A stretch of 25,220 bases of DNA, from positions 1 through 25,220 of the IMG/VR virus record IMGVR_UViG_3300020379_000575, one strand, 5' to 3'. Shown piece by piece: positions 17,385-24,736 of this stretch. Position 1 is the first letter of the stretch; each line of letters starts with the position of its first letter. Under the pieces are notes generated by a model. The model was not told where the DNA came from and did not search any database. It saw only the letters and a program-made list of their open reading frames with translations. A program made the position numbers and the translations under genes. This DNA is from a virus. Lineage: Duplodnaviria > Caudoviricetes.

Positions 17385-17658
17385 TATATTACTTAAAGAA
17401 TACGAAGATACTAAAATAGAGTTGAAAGGTGAAATGATTTTACCTATCGATAAAGAAGTAGCTCTACAAGCTGAAGACGATGAATATAACAGAGGCCTTC
17501 TAGTAACAAGTAATGAAGATCGAAGTTATGACGTAGCTTATTGGGCACAAGACTTAAAACCTTACCCAATCGAAGTTATAATAGACGGCAAATCAGTTTC
17601 TAAAGATGCTAAGATAATAAAACTTCAGTATCACCCTGAAATGAAAACAGATGATTAA
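17371..17658 (+). CDS. Small hypothetical protein, N-terminus MKLTDILLKE (possible internal head protein)
   Basis: 95-aa ORF with the shared N-terminal motif. Confidence 0.75.
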   Translation: MKLTDILLKEYEDTKIELKGEMILPIDKEVALQAEDDEYNRGLLVTSNEDRSYDVAYWAQDLKPYPIEVIIDGKSVSKDAKIIKLQYHPEMKTDD

Positions 17659-18436
17659 AATAAAAGAACTTATCGGATTACCATCTCTACAGTATCATAT
17701 AGACAATGGACTTACTTTACATGAGAATGTCTACCGTTATAACTCTGAAGCTTTTATACAACTATTTGCTGAAGCAAGAGACGCTTGGAGAGACGGTTAT
17801 ATTACGTTAAACGAAGAGGACGAAAAGCTTTTAGAGACAACTGACATAGGAGAATACGGAGATTATAATGGAATGAAAGTTCCTTTAGACTTACCAATGG
17901 TATCACCAGATAAGAATGCTCTATTCGAAATAGGCTGCATGATTGATGAAATGATTGAAAACGAGGATACGATTGACGAAGCTATGAGTATAGACGAAAT
18001 GATCGATTATGATCTAGTCAAAGAGCTTGTCGAATCAATCGGCGGTACTATTAATATGGAAAACTTTAGAAAAGCAGTAGAGATTCAAAACGAAACTTTT
18101 GATTACTCAGGCTTTGATATGTTAAAAGCATCAGTTGATTATATTCCTGAAGCTGAATATAGAGGTAAAAAAGTAGCACTTAACAAACCAAAAAGAGGTG
18201 GATCTAAAAAGTTCTACGTTTATGTTAAGTCAAAGAAAGGTAATGTCAAAAAAGTATCATTCGGTGATACTGGTCTTTCAGTTAAGTTAAAGCAAAGAGG
18301 AGCTAGAGCATCTTTCGCAGCTCGTCATAAGTGTGCTCAAAAGAAAGATAAAACAAAAGCAGGTTATTGGTCTTGTAATATAGGCCGTTATTGGAAATCA
18401 TTAGGTGGCGGATCAAACTTCTCAGGTTACTGGTAG
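17651..18436 (+). CDS. Hypothetical protein with acidic N-region and basic C-terminal domain conserved in T4-like phages
   Basis: C-terminal 'EAEYRGKKVALNKP...KKFYVYVK...VKKVSFGD...SFAARHKC...KAGYWSC'. Confidence 0.75.
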   Translation: MIKIKELIGLPSLQYHIDNGLTLHENVYRYNSEAFIQLFAEARDAWRDGYITLNEEDEKLLETTDIGEYGDYNGMKVPLDLPMVSPDKNALFEIGCMIDEMIENEDTIDEAMSIDEMIDYDLVKELVESIGGTINMENFRKAVEIQNETFDYSGFDMLKASVDYIPEAEYRGKKVALNKPKRGGSKKFYVYVKSKKGNVKKVSFGDTGLSVKLKQRGARASFAARHKCAQKKDKTKAGYWSCNIGRYWKSLGGGSNFSGYW

Positions 18437-18695
18437 ACCTTATTCTGAAAAAAAGGAAGACGGTTATATAATAAGAGAGTTCTCTCGAAATACTCCTACT
18501 TACGAACTTGTATGGCATAGAGATAAGAAAGACCGTGTGGTCGAAGCTATGAATGAAACCGACTGGATGTTTCAGCTTGATAACGAGGTTCCCCAGAGAT
18601 TAACAGAAAACAAACTATTTATACCAAAAGAAACCTATCATCGTTTGATAAAAGGAACTGATGATTTAGTTGTAAAGATATGGCAAAAGGATTAA
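18405..18695 (+). CDS. Small cupin-like protein (start uncertain)
   Basis: 'LVWHRD...W.FQ...LFIPKETYHRLIKG' resembles the two cupin motifs. Only a GTG start inside the upstream gene is available. Confidence 0.55.
   Translation: MADQTSQVTGRPYSEKKEDGYIIREFSRNTPTYELVWHRDKKDRVVEAMNETDWMFQLDNEVPQRLTENKLFIPKETYHRLIKGTDDLVVKIWQKD
18616..18623 (+). promoter_or_regulatory. Putative gene-internal late promoter TATTTATA
   Basis: AACTATTTATA, the same context as the 3920 site, 56 nt before ATG 18680. Confidence 0.4.
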
Positions 18696-18817
18696 CTTTA
18701 GGTAACTACGCAGGTAGTACTAAAAGAAAAAGACCAGGCGTACATGCTAAGTCTAAATCGTCAAAGTTAAAAACCTCTAGAAACTATAAAAAAGGATATA
18801 GAGGACAAGGAAGATAA
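18680..18817 (+). CDS. 45-aa highly basic protein ending KKGYRGQGR (missing from the ORF track)
   Basis: Hand translation: MAKGLTLGNYAGSTKRKRPGVHAKSKSSKLKTSRNYKKGYRGQGR*. It fills the gap exactly, and the stop is 1 nt before ATG 18819. Confidence 0.8.
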   Translation: MAKGLTLGNYAGSTKRKRPGVHAKSKSSKLKTSRNYKKGYRGQGR

Positions 18818-18818
18818 A

Positions 18819-19133
18819 ATGAAGCTAAGTAATATAATATTAGAAGATTATTGGACTAAATTTCAACCTGAAGCTGAAAAACTAGAAGCTGAGATGAGAG
18901 ATACTTACAATAGAGATGATATTCATGTTGATATTATACAGCACTCTAATGGAGATCATGCTATGGGTAAGGTGAGTATTCACCAAAAAGAAGACCTAAG
19001 AAATGGAATCTATAAAAATATGAAAAACTTCTTAACTGCCAAAGGATTTGAAATAACAGGCGGAGCTAACTTTTACGATTATGATGATGATAGTTATTCT
19101 TATCCAAGTATAAAATTTGAGTTTGCAATATGA
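18819..19133 (+). CDS. Small hypothetical protein, N-terminus MKLSNIILE
   Basis: 104-aa ORF with the shared N-terminal motif. Confidence 0.75.
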   Translation: MKLSNIILEDYWTKFQPEAEKLEAEMRDTYNRDDIHVDIIQHSNGDHAMGKVSIHQKEDLRNGIYKNMKNFLTAKGFEITGGANFYDYDDDSYSYPSIKFEFAI

Positions 19134-19330
19134 AGTTATCAAAAATCATATTAGAAAATAAAAAACTCGTTGTACGAGAGCAACTAGACCTATCTTCTGA
19201 AGATGTTACTAAGTTAGCTGAAGCTATTACTAACAGGCTTCAAGAATATTTAGATATAGATAATAGAACTTTACTCCACCAAACAGTATCAGCTGCTATT
19301 GGAGACCTTTTACAAAATAACGAAATATAA
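19130..19330 (+). CDS. Small hypothetical protein, N-terminus MKLSKIILE
   Basis: 66-aa ORF with ATGA overlap and the shared N-terminal motif. Confidence 0.7.
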   Translation: MKLSKIILENKKLVVREQLDLSSEDVTKLAEAITNRLQEYLDIDNRTLLHQTVSAAIGDLLQNNEI

Positions 19331-19362
19331 GTTGTTTTATAAAAATAAAGTTCTTATCTTTC
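19331..19362 (+). promoter_or_regulatory. Host-type (Bacteroidota sigma70-like) early/middle promoter
   Basis: GTTG (19331-34), a 20-nt spacer, then TATCTTTC (19355-62), close to the Bacteroidota consensus TTTG-N19-21-TAnnTTTG. It lies upstream of the primase. Confidence 0.55.
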
Positions 19363-19384
19363 TAAAAAGATACGGACTGGTTAT

Positions 19385-20308
19385 ATGGATTATACTTTCC
19401 TTTTAGGATCCATTGAAAATATATTGGGCAAAAGCCACAAGAGAGCAAGACATAATCATGCTTTTCATTGTCCCTTTTGTAATCATCACAAGCCTAAGCT
19501 TGAGATAGATATGCATACCAATGAAGAGGGTAAGAACTTCTGGGAGTGCTGGGTATGTCAAACTAGAGGAAGAACTATTCGTTCTTTACTTTATCAACTA
19601 AAGACACCTAAAGAACAGTCAAACGAAATCCTTAAATATTTACCAAAAGGTAGTTATATAGAATATAAAGGGCTATCTATAATAGAACTACCAAAGGAGT
19701 ATCAACCGCTCTACTCCGCAACTAAAACATCAGTTGTAGCTAACTTAGTAAGAAAATACCTATATGAAAGAGGACTTACCGATAATGATTTTATTAAATA
19801 TGGGATTGGATACGCAACTAGTGGAGAATATGGAGGACGAGTTATTATCCCAAGTTATTCTCAATCCAATCAACTCAACTTTTTTGTTGCACGAACTTAT
19901 GATGGCAACTATTTTAAATACAAAAACCCAGAAGCTTCCAAAGATATAATATTCTTTGAAAACTTTATTAACTGGAATCAACCTATTATTTTATGTGAAG
20001 GAGTATTCGACGCTATGGCTATTCGTCGAAATGCTATTCCTATTTTAGGTAAAAGTCTTTCTACATCACTATACAAAAAAATTATAACCAGTCCACTTAA
20101 AGACGTCTATGTTGCATTAGATACTGATGCAAGAGATAGAGCTTTAGAAATAGCCGAACAACTACTTAACCAAGGTAAAAGAGTATTCTTAGTAAACCTA
20201 CCACATAAGGATCCATCACAAATGGGCTTCAAAGATTTTACCGAACTAATACAGACAGCTGATGAACTTGACATTTCAGGTATAATGCTGCATAAACTAA
20301 ACCTATGA
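19385..20308 (+). CDS. DNA primase (T4 gp61/DnaG-like)
   Basis: Zinc finger CPFC...CWVC, 'YLYERG', 'RVIIP', 'KYKNP', and TOPRIM 'LCEGVFDA' plus 'ALDTDA' and 'KDP'. Confidence 0.93.
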   Translation: MDYTFLLGSIENILGKSHKRARHNHAFHCPFCNHHKPKLEIDMHTNEEGKNFWECWVCQTRGRTIRSLLYQLKTPKEQSNEILKYLPKGSYIEYKGLSIIELPKEYQPLYSATKTSVVANLVRKYLYERGLTDNDFIKYGIGYATSGEYGGRVIIPSYSQSNQLNFFVARTYDGNYFKYKNPEASKDIIFFENFINWNQPIILCEGVFDAMAIRRNAIPILGKSLSTSLYKKIITSPLKDVYVALDTDARDRALEIAEQLLNQGKRVFLVNLPHKDPSQMGFKDFTELIQTADELDISGIMLHKLNL

Positions 20309-21087
20309 TAAAGCAAGGTATGAATATTCTCAAACAAAATGAGAAGAAAAGATTAGAGTTCAATGCTGAACTTAAACAGATAAATTTTTTAGACCGTAGA
20401 GTTTACAAGAGAGGCGAAGGAGTATATTACCCGTCCGTAACAACTATACTCCAATACATGCCCAAAAATAAGTTTTTTGAGTCTTGGCTCAAAGACGTTG
20501 GGCATTCCGCCGATCTTATAATGAGACGTGCAGGTAAAGAAGGTACTCAAGTCCACGAAGCAGCTGAAGAGTTAGTAAAAGGAAATGAAGTATCTTGGAT
20601 GGATAACTACGGTAATGCAAAATACTCTCAGATAGTATGGGAAATGATTCTTAAGTTTGCTGACTTTTGGAAAACTTACAAACCAGAACTTATATCTACC
20701 GAAGAGTTTGTATGGTCAGACGAGCATAAGTATGCCGGTACTGCTGACTTAGTAGTCAAAATGGATGACGAAGTTTGGTTATTAGATATTAAAACATCAA
20801 ATAGCTTACATAAATCATACGATTTACAGCTTGCTTCATATGCTAAAGCACTAGAAGAGAGTAAAGGAATAAAGATAGAAAGAACAGGTATTATATGGTT
20901 AAAAGCACAATCAAGAGGTCCATCTAAGAAAAAAGGAGTATATCAAGGTAAAGGTTGGAAGATTGTAAATACTGATGATATAGATAAAAACTTTGAACTG
21001 TTTAAAATGATATACAAACTTTACGCATTAGAGAACCCAGTAACTGAACCTATTTATAATAGTTATCCTAGTACGATAAAACTATGA
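20305..21087 (+). CDS. PD-(D/E)XK family exonuclease
   Basis: 'YPSVTTIL', 'GTQVHE', 'YAGTADL', 'LLDIKTS' and 'QLASY'. Confidence 0.85.
   Translation: MIKQGMNILKQNEKKRLEFNAELKQINFLDRRVYKRGEGVYYPSVTTILQYMPKNKFFESWLKDVGHSADLIMRRAGKEGTQVHEAAEELVKGNEVSWMDNYGNAKYSQIVWEMILKFADFWKTYKPELISTEEFVWSDEHKYAGTADLVVKMDDEVWLLDIKTSNSLHKSYDLQLASYAKALEESKGIKIERTGIIWLKAQSRGPSKKKGVYQGKGWKIVNTDDIDKNFELFKMIYKLYALENPVTEPIYNSYPSTIKL
21051..21058 (+). promoter_or_regulatory. Putative late promoter TATTTATA
   Basis: CTATTTATAAT at the end of the nuclease gene, 25 nt before ATG 21084, where the replication genes end. Confidence 0.5.
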
Positions 21088-21731
21088 GAAAAAGTTGGAT
21101 ATTAGCTTTATTTTTACTATCTTTATATAGTTGCGGGAGTTACACCCTGCAGACTAATAAAGGTTATGAGATAAAAAGTATCCTAGCTATTACTGAAGCA
21201 GGTGATACCATTTCAGTGCCTTATAGAGATTTTGTTAAAGAAAGATATGATAACTACACAAGATTCAACTACAATAATAACTGGTACTGGAACAACTGGC
21301 GATACGATTATTCTTGGAGATGGAATCAATACTGGTGGAACGGAACTAATAATTATTGGTTTAGTACTCCTCGTTATTATAGCACACCTGTTAGACCGAA
21401 AGTTAGGCCGAAAGTTAGACCTAGACCAGGAACAACACCAGAAGTTTTACCAAAACCAAAACAGCCAAGAATAAGAATAAACCAAGGAAGACGAAATGAA
21501 ACTATCAACACTAATCCTAGAGAAACGCGACAGACCCAAACTCGTAGTAATGGCAGGAGGAGCTGGAACAGGGAAGTCATACCTTCTCAACCAACTCGAT
21601 CTAGGATCACTCCACCTAGTCAACCCAGACAAATACGTAGAGGATCCGGACAGCCCCGCATTCAACAAACTCAGCCCAGGGGTGGCTCTAGCCAACAAAG
21701 AAGCAGAGGCTCTATCCAACGAAAAAACTAG
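21084..21731 (+). CDS. Putative lipoprotein with W/N/Y-rich core and R/P/Q-rich disordered tail
   Basis: Signal peptide II-like 'MRKSWILALFLLSLYSC', then the 'NYNNNWYWNNWRYDYSWRWNQYWWN' block. The tail overlaps the next gene by 236 nt. Confidence 0.75.
   Translation: MRKSWILALFLLSLYSCGSYTLQTNKGYEIKSILAITEAGDTISVPYRDFVKERYDNYTRFNYNNNWYWNNWRYDYSWRWNQYWWNGTNNYWFSTPRYYSTPVRPKVRPKVRPRPGTTPEVLPKPKQPRIRINQGRRNETINTNPRETRQTQTRSNGRRSWNREVIPSQPTRSRITPPSQPRQIRRGSGQPRIQQTQPRGGSSQQRSRGSIQRKN
21390..21425 (+). repeat. Three imperfect 12-nt tandem units encoding VRPK-VRPK-VRPR
   Basis: gttagaccgaaa / gttaggccgaaa / gttagacctaga. Confidence 0.8.
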
Positions 21732-22425
21732 CTTTGTTTGGGATACTACAGCTAGCAATGCTTCTAAGATAAAAATGTTCTTAGATAAAGGATACGATGT
21801 GTACATGGTGATGGTTTATACTCACCCTGTTATAGCATTTATTAGTAATACAAAACGTAAAAGAAGAGTTCCTTCTTCCGCTGTATTCTCAACTTGGGCT
21901 AACGTATATAAGTTAATAGATGATTATAATAAAATGTTAAAAGGTAACCTTTCTATTTTTATTAACGATAGAGGAGGAGAGTTTGATAAGTATATTGAAG
22001 AGTTTAATACTGCAGCAAAAAATGGAGCAGCTGGTATATCTGACTACTTAGAAAAGCTTACAGATAAACTTGGACTTGAACAAGGTTCTACTTTTAGACA
22101 ACCGTATGAAATGTCTGATCAAGAAGAACAAGAGTTTTACAAAGCTGTAAAAAATATAGACTATAATACTGAAGACTATAGTGAAGATAGAGCTTTAAGA
22201 AAGTACTTTACAGATTGGTACCGAAAGAAAGATACAGGACCTGGAGATGAAAAAATGGAGAAGAAACTTGCATCACATCGTAGAGAAAAAGAAAATGCAG
22301 CTACTAGAAATAAAAATACTTTAGATAGTATTGCAGATGATCTTTATGATCCTCTTTTTCAAGAAAAACTTATTCATTCAACACCTAGAGAAATAGATCA
22401 AAAGGTACAAAACTTTTTATCATAA
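21496..22425 (+). CDS. P-loop kinase (zeta-toxin/AAA_33-like) with N-terminal MKLSTLILE peptide
   Basis: Walker A 'MAGGAGTGKS', 'VNPD', 'FVWDTT', 'GYDVYMVMV' and 'R.RRVP'. Confidence 0.8.
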   Translation: MKLSTLILEKRDRPKLVVMAGGAGTGKSYLLNQLDLGSLHLVNPDKYVEDPDSPAFNKLSPGVALANKEAEALSNEKTSFVWDTTASNASKIKMFLDKGYDVYMVMVYTHPVIAFISNTKRKRRVPSSAVFSTWANVYKLIDDYNKMLKGNLSIFINDRGGEFDKYIEEFNTAAKNGAAGISDYLEKLTDKLGLEQGSTFRQPYEMSDQEEQEFYKAVKNIDYNTEDYSEDRALRKYFTDWYRKKDTGPGDEKMEKKLASHRREKENAATRNKNTLDSIADDLYDPLFQEKLIHSTPREIDQKVQNFLS

Positions 22426-23639
22426 TGGCAGTAGCACTTTATCCTGGAGCATTTAAGCCACCTCATAAAGGTCATTTTGAAGTAGTCAAAAGACTTCTTA
22501 ACGGTTCTCATGAAGGTAAAGTTTATGATATATCTAACTATAAAGATGTAGGAATAGACACCCTTAGAGAGGTTGATAGAGTTGTAGATCCTATTAGAAA
22601 AGTAGTAGTATTTATAGGTGGAGGTGATCGTAGTGGTATTTCTCCTACTGAAGCAAAAGCAGTTTGGGATATTTATAGTAAATACCTTCCAGGATTAGAA
22701 GTTGTATTAGGAGACAAAAATCCTATGAAAGCTGCAAACGAATATGCAAAATCTAATCCAGAAGAACAGTTTTATGCTGTCACTGGAATAAGATCAGAAG
22801 ATGATTTTGGAGACCTTAGACGTATAACTATATTTAAAAATAGAACTAACGTTGAAGGCTTAATCATTTCAGGAGCAAAAGATAGTATAAGAGCTACTGA
22901 TTTTAGGAAATCACTTCTATCTGGTAACTTAGATACAGTATTAGATTTTTTTCCTCAAGAAGTAGACAGAAAAGAAATATTAAAAATAATGAACATGTTA
23001 AAAAAGAGTATTATATCTGAAGTAATGAAAGATAAAGTAGATGATCTTTTTGAAGCATGGTTTAAAGAAGATTTAAAAGAAGGAAGTTCTGGTACACCTA
23101 TTGCACCCAGATCAGCAATAAGATCTGATGATCGTCAAAAACTTATTACTCTTTATAATAGAGTAAAAAATCAAGTTGAGTCTGACGGAGTTCAAGTATC
23201 ATTCCATCAAGATCATATAAGAGTTGGTTTATCTAATAAACAAGATAGTAGAAACTTTGATTTTACTCCTTACATGGCATCAATATTAGAATATATGATA
23301 GATGAAGGTATGAATATACAACCTTTACCTGAAGTAAAAATAAGAAGACAAGTTGCTGAGTCAGTAGACTTTTTTGGTAGAACAGCTTATTATGACCCAA
23401 ATGTTAAAGAAGTAGTTTTATATGTTGAAGGTAGACACCCTAAAGATGTAATGAGATCCTTTACTCACGAAATGGTTCACCATATTCAAAACATAGAAGG
23501 AAGAATGGGAAATATACAAACATCAAATACTAATGAATCAGATACTCTGTTAGAACTAGAAAAAGAAGCATACCTAGTTGGTAATGTTACATTTAGAAAC
23601 TGGGAAGATAAAACTAAAAACGGTTATGGAATCACTTAA
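22425..23639 (+). CDS. HxGH-family (cytidylyltransferase-like) nucleotidyltransferase fused to a C-terminal HExxH zincin-like domain
   Basis: 'LYPGAFKPPHKGH' and 'IRATDFR' in the N-half. 'TAYYDP...DVMRSFTHEMVHHIQ...LEKEAY' in the C-half. Confidence 0.8.
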   Translation: MAVALYPGAFKPPHKGHFEVVKRLLNGSHEGKVYDISNYKDVGIDTLREVDRVVDPIRKVVVFIGGGDRSGISPTEAKAVWDIYSKYLPGLEVVLGDKNPMKAANEYAKSNPEEQFYAVTGIRSEDDFGDLRRITIFKNRTNVEGLIISGAKDSIRATDFRKSLLSGNLDTVLDFFPQEVDRKEILKIMNMLKKSIISEVMKDKVDDLFEAWFKEDLKEGSSGTPIAPRSAIRSDDRQKLITLYNRVKNQVESDGVQVSFHQDHIRVGLSNKQDSRNFDFTPYMASILEYMIDEGMNIQPLPEVKIRRQVAESVDFFGRTAYYDPNVKEVVLYVEGRHPKDVMRSFTHEMVHHIQNIEGRMGNIQTSNTNESDTLLELEKEAYLVGNVTFRNWEDKTKNGYGIT

Positions 23640-24171
23640 ACAACTTTTAAACGACGGTTACCCTCTTAGGGAAGAAAAACCTACTCCACCTTATAAAATA
23701 TATTGTGATATGGATGGTGTATTAACAGATTTTGAATCTAGATTCGATCATTTTACAGGAATGCATCCACAAGATTACGAAAAAGAAAAAGGAAAAGCTG
23801 CTTTTTGGCATCTTATTGATGGTGAAGTAGGAGTAAGATTTTGGGTAGGAATGGATTTTATGCCTGAAGGAAAGAGGTTATGGAACTTTATTGCACCATA
23901 TAAACCAGATTTACTTACATCGCCCTCAAGAGAAAATCAATCAAGGTTAGGAAAAAACTTATGGGTAAAAAATAACCTTACTCCTAAACCAAAAGTTATA
24001 TTTGCCTACTCTGCAGATAAGCAAAGATACGCAAATGAAAATAGTATACTAATAGACGACAAGAAATCAAATATTAATGAATGGGCTTCTAGAGGCGGTA
24101 TAGCTATTAGATGTAAAGACGGAAACGTTGACCATGTTATAAACAAACTACAAGAGTTAGGTTATGAGTGA
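23626..24171 (+). CDS. HAD-superfamily phosphatase (5'(3')-deoxyribonucleotidase-like)
   Basis: 'IYCDMDGVL', 'LLTSP', 'GKNLWV' and 'ILIDD'. ATG 23626 is preferred to the 23578 start because it gives a short overlap. Confidence 0.85.
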   Translation: MESLKQLLNDGYPLREEKPTPPYKIYCDMDGVLTDFESRFDHFTGMHPQDYEKEKGKAAFWHLIDGEVGVRFWVGMDFMPEGKRLWNFIAPYKPDLLTSPSRENQSRLGKNLWVKNNLTPKPKVIFAYSADKQRYANENSILIDDKKSNINEWASRGGIAIRCKDGNVDHVINKLQELGYE

Positions 24172-24736
24172 ATCTCTACTAAAAAAAGAGTTTAAAGAAT
24201 CAGACATACAAAGAGCAAGAAACCTAGTCAATAAAGATTTTACTAAAAAAACTAAACTTCAAACTGGGTATCAAAAATCTTATATAAGACACGAAGAAGG
24301 TGACGTATGGGAAGAGTCTGGAAAAACTTGGACTATTAAAAATGGTCTTAAACAAAATATTACTAAGTTAGATGCTGCTAAAAAAGCTGTTAGAGTCCCT
24401 TTAACATGTCCTAAATGTGGAGGACCTATGAAACATCACTTAGCTAAAAAAATGTATAAAATACATGGGTTCTGTTTTGATCCTTGTACTGTTGAAATGG
24501 AAGCTGATTTAACTAAAGCAGGATTATTTGAAGAGTACGAGAAAAAAATGATGCAAGGAAATATTAAAAACTTTGCTAAAGATATCGAAGATTGGGTTCA
24601 AGATTTCGTAAATGAACAAATGTCCTTTGTTACAGAACAAGGTGATGTAGAAGACTGGAAGTCTAACGAAGATATCAAAAAGAAAGTAGCCACAAACTTA
24701 AAAACGTATCTAGGCTACTTAAAAGAACATATGTAA
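24164..24736 (+). CDS. Hypothetical protein with putative zinc ribbon
   Basis: 'EGDVWEESGKTWTIKNG' and 'CPKC...HGFCFDPC'. Confidence 0.7.
   Translation: MSESLLKKEFKESDIQRARNLVNKDFTKKTKLQTGYQKSYIRHEEGDVWEESGKTWTIKNGLKQNITKLDAAKKAVRVPLTCPKCGGPMKHHLAKKMYKIHGFCFDPCTVEMEADLTKAGLFEEYEKKMMQGNIKNFAKDIEDWVQDFVNEQMSFVTEQGDVEDWKSNEDIKKKVATNLKTYLGYLKEHM

Noticed and set aside
20305-21087. Cas4/CRISPR association of the PD-(D/E)XK nuclease
   Set aside because: It has no Fe-S cysteines, and no repeat-spacer array or other cas genes are in the window.
19764-21474. Nested plus-strand ORFs 19764..19949 and 21202..21474
   Set aside because: They are short alternative frames inside the primase and lipoprotein genes, with no motif and no codon-shift evidence like that at 21496-21731.
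21496-22425. Toxin-antitoxin (epsilon/zeta) pair
   Set aside because: The upstream gene is a lipoprotein, not an antitoxin-like protein. The zeta-like fold alone does not establish toxin function.
23578-23625. Longer start of the HAD phosphatase given in the track
   Set aside because: It is a TTG start with a 62-nt overlap. ATG 23626 fits the short-overlap pattern of the window better.
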